From Phoronis australis (taxonomy: Eukaryota; Animalia; Phoronida), in NCBI GenBank assembly GCA_002633005.1, contig NMRA01000313.1:396991-460990 (forward strand): a stretch of 64,000 bases of DNA, in the 5' to 3' direction. The notes under the pieces were generated by a model. The model had not been told where the DNA came from, made no database searches, and saw only the letters and a program-made list of their open reading frames with translations. The position numbers were made by a program, and so were the translations under genes. How positions within the stretch are numbered: position 1 is the first letter of the stretch; the number at the start of each line of letters is the position of its first letter. Below are positions 54,965-64,000 of this stretch, one piece after another.

Positions 54965-55208
54965 AAGGCTTGGAATTTTCATCTTTTAAGAGGATTTCCT
55001 CTTTTTTGGACTTGGATTTTTGGATTTCCAGTTTCCTCTTTTCTCATTGCTTTTTATCATTATTTTGACTTTATTCGTGCAAAAAATATTTAATTCAGTT
55101 AAAATTGCAACACACAAAATATTTCTATCACACAAACCTATTTATTTGTGGAGCAATACATCACTTGGAAAATGTTCCATTTTTTTGTCATTGGTCATTC
55201 CAAGCCCT
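54965..55208 (+). repeat. MITE-like dispersed repeat, second copy at 56837-57055
   Basis: AAGGCTTGGAATTTTC.TCTTTTAAGAGGATT... colinear in both copies through ATCACTTGGAAA; CCAAGCCCT inverted end at ~55200. Confidence 0.7.
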
Positions 55209-58200
55209 ATGTTACTCAATTTGAACATTCTTGTTGTTGACCTGGATAAGTATGATATTTCTGAACTAAAAGGTCTCACTTTTCAAATCCTAAGGTTGTG
55301 TTCATGGGCCATTTGGTGGAGTATTGAGGAAATTATAAAGGGCCGTCTCTCACTACATTCAAACGTCATTGCAACAATTATAAGTTCGCCTAGTCAATTA
55401 CACCTCAAACCCTTCCACACCATGAAATAATTGAATTTTGCTTTCACAGAGATCACCGGGTGCACTGGCAACTAAAAAAGTGATATGGTTTTACAGGATT
55501 TGCCAACCGTTTCATGTGTTGATGTTACTGGAAAGTTAACACTACATTGTGGAAGTGGGAGATAGTGGTGTACACACGCAGCGAGATCATATCTGCCGTG
55601 TTGAGTCATTGTGCAAATTCTTAAAGGGCCAACCTGGTAGATTCATGCCAACTGATCATAAACAGACAACCTCAATCTAGGCATGTCTGGCGGCTTCACC
55701 AGTAGTCGCTACAATCCAACTATTTCCTTTTTGAGTTCCCAAAAAATGGTGCACATTAAAAGTTCTCCTGTATGGTATTGTCAGATTTTCGCATACTGAG
55801 AGGAGTTGTTAGGACGCCCTTTTGATCCTATTACATGTTTTATGACTGTAAGTTGACGAATCTAATAAAAGTCTGGCTATCTACCGTTTAGCAGCTATAA
55901 AACCACATTGCATCCAAGAAGCAAACTAGATTTAGACCTTTTACTGTATAAAATTGGTCTCAACTTTGTTCCTTATTCAGGTGGGAAGTAATTTCTGGGT
56001 TTGTGAAGAATTGACAGTTTGCTATTTCTTAAAACCGTGCTAAATAAAATGAATAAAATGGTCACGCACTTAAAGCCTCACTTGAAAGCATCGTCAATCT
56101 CGAGCAAAAATGAATTGCCAGTTCTTTCGAAGTCCTGAAATCGCCTCCATTCGATAAAGAAATTGTCTAAGGTTTAAGTGGCCAAAATCAAAAGTTACGT
56201 TTTGTAATAGAAGGCAGGTTTATGGCCACTTAAAGTTTGCATAGCCAGATCCACAGGTGTATCCAAAATATTTGCTCTTCATTTTAGTGGTGCACCTGTG
56301 CATAACCAATTGTCATTTGACCAAATCCAAGGTAGTGACGAAGGAAGTTCACCAATACTTTAGGCAGTCTGTACAAATTACTGGAAAATGACAGATGTCT
56401 ATCTCATGTCTTGGACTAATTCATGGGGAAAGTACAGAATGATATTCTATACAATTCATATGTGAACCAACTGTGAATTGTAACTTTAACATTTGATTCA
56501 GTTACACTTAGTGACATTATGCGTCATTGTGTGGATTGAAAATATCTACAATTCCCTAATTCGATCAAAAATAATATGGTAAAACCTCACCGATTTTAGA
56601 CAAAAATAAATCCCGAAATAGCATATTTTCTCTTTTCAAGTGCTCCAAATGTTGTGGATGCCTAATATGTTTCATACTATTTATTGGGACCTATGGTACA
56701 AAATTTGGATATGGCAAAGCATAATTTTGGTAACTGTTTATTATTTATTAAAACAAGAAAATTAAATTTCACCTATTTGTAATACTATATTGTGTAATAA
56801 ACTAATTAGATTATACTGCAACCACGTGGCTCCAGCAAGGCTTGGAATTTTCCTCTTTTAAGAGGATTCCCTGTTTTGGTTTCGATTTCCTCTCATTTGA
56901 TTTCCAGATTTCTCTTACGTCTTTTTTATCATTATTTTGACTTTATTCATGCAAAAACATCTATTTCACTTAAATTTTGCAAAACAAAAAATATTTCTAT
57001 CACACAAGCCTAATTTTGGAATGATTATCACTTGGAAAGTTTTCCTCTTTTTTGGCATCAGTCCCATTAGATTCTCCAAAAATGTGATCCACACACTTGA
57101 CTACTGTACCCGTCCCGGTTACGGCCAATGCTTGGCTTACTGCCCACCCCTGAAAATTTCCATTTTCCAGTTTAAAGCGCCCATGCTCGACTTACCGCCC
57201 ACCCCGTTTTTAAGATTCCCAATTTAAGCGCTCTGGGCGGTAACGCGAATGGGTATGGTATGTACATCTACCTTTCACCAGATGAAACTCAATAAAATGC
57301 ATTTTTAGAAACAAGACAGCAAAACTTGTGATCTCTGATGAAATTGATTGCGTATGAACAAGCATACTTCTTGCCTATATTGAAAACATAGGAGAGTTGA
57401 ATGGTTATCAAAATGATTGTTTTTAGATCTGATATAACACAAGTGAGCCACAGTTAATTGTAGGGTTTCCAAAAATGAACAGTGTCTGAAAATAAGAAAC
57501 AAAAACACAGCAGTGTGAGAAACAGGACGCAGTTTATTTCAGCACGTTTTTGCTTATCTACAAAATAAACTTAACTAATGGTACCTCTGGTACCATAAAC
57601 TCTCTTAACTTTACATATAGGGCACTGGTCCTTTACAGAAGTGCCGGATTTTGAGAACCAATTGAATGCATGCTAAACTGGTCCTCGAAATCAGTGACCC
57701 CTGTAAGAGACTAATACCACTGGGATTGTATTTGTGTTGCTAGAAAGATAAAAATATGCCACACATCTGGCTATCGGAAATTCCCGTTATGTTTTCAAAA
57801 GTTTGTGTCTGATCTTATTGCACCAATTCACAAAATCCATGAACTTCATACAAGGAAGACGGCTATCTCATATGATACGCGGCTTGTGGTGACTAATTTT
57901 TTAGAAAGTAACTGGTCTGAACTAATTCCTTTAGAATGGAATAGAGAATTCCATAGTTTCAGGATAGTTATTATCTTTCTGATAGGAGTATTTGCTATCA
58001 CAAACATTGAATCCACTTATTGAATGCTGAAATGAAGTATCATCGAATCAGTAAATCAAGTTACGAACAGTAACAATAGTCTCCCCAATGTAAAACAACT
58101 TTTCTGACCTTGACCTCATTTGTTAAAACAGGATTAAACTTGTGCTTTTAGTCGAAAAACATTTTTTATTTAGGTCATCATACCATTATGAAACTGGCAT

Positions 58201-58606
58201 TGTTCAGTTAACAAGTCGAGCGATCTCCGTGCTTGAGGACAACTGGAAGTTTGTAATTTCTTCGGACCAACTCATGAAATTTCACGCCCCGGTATGACCT
58301 GAAACTTTATGAGAGCGACCTGAACTAAGAAATAACGAACCACCAGTTCTTTGTAAGCTCAGGAACCACACCAGTTTTGACTCGGGAACAATTTGTAACC
58401 AATTTCCTAACGGTAAGTGGCCAAAATCAAAACATGTTTTTGACTGAAAATATAGTATCAATGTTGCTTTAAGTTTACTATAGCATTGTTTTGTAGTTCG
58501 ATCAGGAACTGAATTTATCCTTCTCCAAAGCTTACACTGATTGACAACCATGAAAGTCTCCCTATTAAATTCATAAAGATATTAACGCCCTTATCTTTTA
58601 TTACAT

Positions 58607-58765
58607 TAACTCTCCTGTTAGCAACAAATAAACTGCCTACTGGCTGCATAACTCTCCTGTTGCCAACAAACTGCCAAGTGACTACATAACTCTCCTGTTG
58701 CCAACAAAATGCCTAGAGGCTGTATAACTCTCGTGTTGCCAACAAACTGCCTGCCTAGTGGCTGC
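58607..58765. repeat. ~38-bp minisatellite x4
   Basis: Unit ATAACTCTCCTGTTGCCAACAAACTGCCTAGTGGCTGC with variants. Confidence 0.82.
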
Positions 58766-59983
58766 ACGACATTCCCGACTGTTAACACTATGTGAACTCA
58801 TTCATAAAACAAGTCACAAAGTGTAGCAGCACTGTCATTCAAGATTTCATTAGTACTACCACATCCTTCATCGACCCATTTTTCATCGATGTCATGTCTA
58901 CCCAAAGCGCCTGCATAATCACAAGCAAGTTTAATTTCTGCTAAAGCCAAGACAGTCACCGAGTACAATACACAACCTCTGTCTAGATCATGCAGTTTCA
59001 CACAATATCTCTGGGATATCCACATTTCCCAAATGGTGGACAATTGAGGCCCTCATTAACTGTTACTATCCACATGAGGGATGAGGCAGTATAACTGTAA
59101 ACCCAATCATTTGTAAGTTAGGACAATCATCTGACTGGTATTGGGGCTCTTGCACGTCTCCTCAGAGCTTCACTTTGCCCAGAGCTGGCATATCAACACA
59201 AATAGCTCAACCTATGTAGCTACGTGATAACGTCACATTAGGTTCTGAGAAAATTCTTGCCACTTATTATCCCCAGTGAAGCTTACCTATGCATAACTAT
59301 ACGAAGACCATTACGATTTTTGCCTCAGGGAATGTATGTGTTGCAATCAGGGTTGCATTCCATAGACCCAAGACATTGGCTAACGTGAAATCTTCATTTA
59401 TGCAACAGAAATGGTTTATTCAATTTCATGATCCATGAATTCTGTCCACATTCCAACCCAATCGAGCAATTGCTTCAGTGGCCGTCATTTTGTTAGGACC
59501 TGTACCAGTGGTATCTCAAGCACAATCGCGAGACTCGCATGACTTTGTGTCATCTTGAGTGATCTAGCTTTACTCGCAAGAAATGTGGTCTACGGAATGA
59601 TTCCCTGATTTAAAGGCCAGCTGCTTAATATGTAAATATGACAACCAGTCCAAGCGCTGGCCCAAGTGCGTAACCAGATGTCACCTACCACCAACGTTAC
59701 ACTAGATACATGTACATTGTCAACACAAGGTTCCGACCATCACACTGGATGACAGCATTTCTCCAGATTCACCAGTTCTGTGAGTTTACAGTGGCGTCAC
59801 ACATTGCATTCAAGAACGTCCCAGTGTGACAAGTTGGTGAACAGCACAACTCCGTCTGTTGCTTGAGATTACCTCTAGATGGCATTGCACTGTGATGCTA
59901 CTTCCAGCTACTTCCAACATGAGTAGCATCGTGGTACATACTTCACGAAAGACTGTGGTAAATAAATACGGTCAAAGCCCGCA

Positions 59984-61701
59984 TCATGAGTCTCTGTCTC
60001 GATTTTTCTTTTTCATTTTCCGATTCCTCTCCCACCGGACAGTGTCGGCCTCTAGTGTTGCGAGTTCAGCTAGCCTCTGTTGGAACACCACCTCGGCCCC
60101 GTTCAGTGGGTCTGCATACTTCGGCTCACCTGCAGAGGAGAGTACAGAGTAAATCTCATGTGCACAGCCATTACCAACCTAGTACATTTGACGATACCAA
60201 TTAATAACACGTATGCCACATCATACAACAACACTAATTCCATTGTACAATATCTGAAAAGTTTTATAGAGGAACTAGGTGCTGCCATTAAAAAATTGAT
60301 CAAGCCATTGGTAATCAAGAGTTCATAAAACATACAACACGTCCAAACAACCATTCACACCCTATCCATAACATATTCATACCCATACCCAAAGTATACA
60401 AGTATAGCCATTGACTTTCTAGATTGCCTCGTAACCACGATTTGCTGTTGCGTGATTTCTCATGTCTAGATCTTTAGCACGCAAATAACGAGACATAGGC
60501 GCCAAACATTTCACTAGTCTCACTCTCTAACAATTTCAAACTCTTGAGTGTGTAAAATTAACATAAAAGTTATATGGGAAATTTACAAATGTCAAACAGT
60601 GGTGTGCAAAATTATACCCTAATTCTTATCACTTCTTTACCAAACAATATGGCACACAATTTAAATTCTGTTTTGGTGAATTTTCTCCTCAAAAATACAA
60701 TTAAAAAGTTTTTAGCCTATCCTAGCGTGATTTGTACCATGAAGATGTCTTCAAGTAACTTTTGGTAAAATTTTCCATTATTTGAAAAACGTAAAAATGA
60801 CGATTCTGGCAATTATTTTTGTGTCGGAAATAAGTGAGGGATTGGCATAGTGTGAATGTCAGGAGGGTAATTAACATAATAGATAGAAATGTCAGAAGAG
60901 TATTGTTGGCCAAATGCGTCAACGTTACATATGTAAATTACGTGCGTAAAATATGTCTTGTTAGTGGCGTAAATTATTTGCAGTGTAAATTAACTTTTAC
61001 TGGCCTAAAGTAATTATTTGCAAGTAAAGTAAATTTTAACGGCGTAAAGTAATTATTTTCGTGCATAACTTATTTACGTGTGTAAATTATCCACGTAAAT
61101 TAACATACCCCACAAATATACCTTAGACAGTTAAAAGTTAATTTATGCCACTAACAAGAATTAATTTACACATGTAATTTACAAGTGTAACGTTCACCCA
61201 TTTGGCCAACAATAGATAAGCAATATGGAAAATACCAAGACCACAGCAAGGAGACAATTTCATGCTACCTCACTTAAATCATCAATGCACAACTCGTCAG
61301 TCTTCATAAGTTATCACCTTTCATTCGGTGCCAACTACATGGCCTTGATCATCGGTCGTCATATGCTGAGTCATCGTCGCATACCCGAGGTGAACCCCCT
61401 TAAAAGCAAGTTAGTTTGTAGGATGATATGAACCAAGTACACGGAATTCCAAGTAAGGCTGCACAAAGTCAACCAAATGCCGAAACAAGATACCGAAACA
61501 ATCGCGTGGTTTTCATTCATTCATTCATCTCCTGCGTGACATGTACACTTGCTGCTAATCATCTCTACTCACTGGTTTGTTTCTGCTGCCGCTGGTAGTT
61601 GGTCTGTAGTGGCGGCCTCTGGAGGGACAGACGTGTCGACCGGGTGCTGTGACCAACGCTCGTCGAGGTTGAGAAGGCAGGGCCACTGGAGTGATTACCA
61701 C
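59984..61701 (-). CDS. C8orf89-like uncharacterised protein, last two coding exons (5' part not identified, probably beyond the window)
   Basis: Phase-consistent exons 61573-61701 and 59984-60129 (TGA): ...QRPPLQTNYQRQQKQTSEPKYADPLNGAEVVFQQRLAELATLEADTVRWERNRKMKKKNRDRDS*. The C-terminus resembles my recollection of human C8orf89 ([30 protein letters not shown]...KSKKGKKRD). Confidence 0.6.
60901..61214. mobile_element. MITE with ~40-bp TIRs
   Basis: TATTGTTGGCCAAATG.GT.AACGTTACA / TGTAACGTT.AC.CATTTGGCCAACAATA; internal GTAAATTA repeats; possible TA TSD. Confidence 0.75.
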
Positions 61702-64000
61702 CTACAACTGGACACATATAAAAAGACCATTAGAGACCCTGGTTTTCCCCGTTAACGTAAAGCGGATGCAATTAACAGAATCTGACCTCGTTCACGGAGT
61801 TTATGTATTTCAATTTAAGATAGCGTATTCTAATATTTTTTGTCATTGAACACTATAAATTAAGAATATAGTCCATCAAATATGACAATTCTGTCCACAA
61901 ATCTATCAATCGTTTTGCAACACACGTGTACTAGTATTTGTTACTTCTGACTGAAGGTGGTGTCATAACTTTTCCAGCTGAGAGACCATGTTATGCACCA
62001 CTTTTGACCTTTGGTCGGAGATTTAGTTGTGGTTATAATTGTGCTCATTTGCCAATTCCGTATTTGAACAGACAGACATGCACTATTGAAAAGACCACAA
62101 GGAGTAAAAGTGTAATACCATAAACCTGGTATGTGAGGCATGACATATGATCGTACATCAGGTATTACTTCAATCCTGGCATGAACAAAGGCATTATTGA
62201 ATATGGTGGTATTAGTTAATTGGCATTTTATCAACTTTGACAATAGCTTTAAGTATTGTCAGAGGTAAAAAAATGTTAAAACAACAAAAAAACCCATTAA
62301 GAAAAATGACTGGCCTAAAATCAGAAGACAAAATATGGCCTTGTATTCGAATGTAAGGCCACGGCATTTTCTAAAAAATTCCCGTAAATGCATTATCTTG
62401 CCAACAGGGTAATATGGCCTTATAGACCAGGTTTTGCGGCAAAGGTTTTGAGGAAATTTAAACAGTCCTTAAACAAATTCTTACTGTAATGAAATTGGTA
62501 TTTAGCCGCATTATGTTGCATGAAAACTTTGGCGACGTCATCCAGTCAGTTTTGACATTTTGTCTCCTGGGGATTGCAACTATTAAGCTTAAACTTTTAA
62601 AATTTTGACTAAGAACCTAATTTAAATAAATTGAAAATGTCAATGACTTGGTAATGATGTGGATGCAAAAAACACCTTGTGATTTGTTATCGACCTTTCT
62701 CCAATATTCTTTACTTTCGCCACCATTTCAACATTTTCCTTACAACTCGGGTATGCAACAGTAACGAGAGAGAATTGGAATGCACAGTCAATAAAAATTA
62801 GTAGTGATATGTATGCTATTTCATAAAATACAACATGTCTTTCATTGTATTCAAAGATCATGTCATTGCAGTGTACAGGATCTTACCTGAATTGAAGGAT
62901 TTAGACAACGATTTACTTGAAGTACTCGGCACGGAATTCAATATTGTCCCCGTAGCAATCAGATCTTCTTGGCCTGAAAACGTTAAACAAACAATGTTAA
63001 AATTATACCAAACATAAAGCTGCATCCCCCGTTTGGTTTCGCTAAAAACAAAATACTGAATTGGGCTTTTTGCTCATGTAACATTGGCGTTGTATTCGTT
63101 ACAGAGATAGAATTCCTTTTGCATTACCAACGAAGACATTGAAACAATCACCGACTCAAGAAAACATTTCAGAGTTTATTGAGGTCATGGCCAACCCTAA
63201 AAATGCAGATTTCAAAATGGCGTATGTACCTGTTAACTGTCTCAGTTAAGAGCTTGTTCAGCAGTACTTCAGCACGGAAATGTTTTTAAACCCCAAAACG
63301 CTTTGGTTAAGAATTCAACGTTGACAGCTAAACAGAAGCAAAATGTTACGCAAACTAATTCTGTCTTTTTTCGCTTAACATTCGTAACAGGTGAACATTT
63401 TATATATTGAAAAATCGCTCATTTTTCATCATTTTATATGTTCACAAAATTCTCCTCATTTCACACAAGTTTCCCCATAATTTTTGCAAAGAGAAATAAA
63501 TTTTACTGAAATTCAAAACAACCATTTTGGAAACTATTGCGAGGCAATAACTTTAGATTTTCTAAAATTAATGAAGTTTTATCATCATTTGACCAACACT
63601 ATTTGGCAACCAAAACATGACCTACGACAGTCTGTGAAAATATCTACACTGTAACGTACCTGTCCCATTCTGAGAGAATTTTTCATTGAACGCACTGCGT
63701 AGACCGTTTGGCTTAAAATATCCACTCTTTCTGTGACTAAGAGATTTGTCGTCCAAGCTGTTTTGTAGACGCATCCCTTCAAACTCACGCGATGTGTCCA
63801 ACAATGGCGGAGGAACTGGAAGAAAATAAAATCAAATTCAATGTTGCAACTTAAGCAGAAAATCTTAATATCAGCAAACCTTCACCTACTTCATGATTGC
63901 TGCATTATGTATTATTTTCATATTTCAATTTCATTGTCTTAAATAAAGAAGTCGAGGTAACTAGCTATGACAAAATCATGAATTCGATCGAAGTTTTCCC

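Noticed and set aside
62640-63020. Protein-like stretch RILPELKDLDNDLLEVLGTEF as an additional gene
   Set aside because: No consistent splice/phase chain or recognisable family; it lies among repeat-like sequence, probably within an intron of the minus-strand gene, so at most a transposon relic.

Overview
Eukaryotic (invertebrate-animal-like), AT-rich, intron-rich genomic DNA; almost all ORFs in the supplied track are spurious or are single exons run on into introns. By reading splice sites I reconstructed four spliced genes: the 3' part of a CCDC78-like gene (+, 11 exons, stop at 12373); a complete 18-exon TM9SF4 (-, 41402->17868, 633 aa); a complete 4-exon RPS20/uS10 (+, 41913-54752, 118 aa) lying head-to-head with TM9SF4 across a ~400-bp promoter; and the last two coding exons of a C8orf89-like gene (-). 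RPS20 is the most unusual locus. It has a 5'TOP, a 5'UTR stem-loop that appears conserved with human RPS20 (human sequence recalled, needs checking), a triplicated exon-2 splice acceptor, a clear U12-type (minor spliceosome) last intron and a candidate H/ACA snoRNA. Introns hold many non-autonomous DNA transposons (Harbinger-, hAT-, Tc1/mariner-, Academ/MULE-like and a young foldback element), a decayed intron-containing hAT transposase, tRNA-derived SINEs, and minisatellites that repeatedly sit on exon boundaries.
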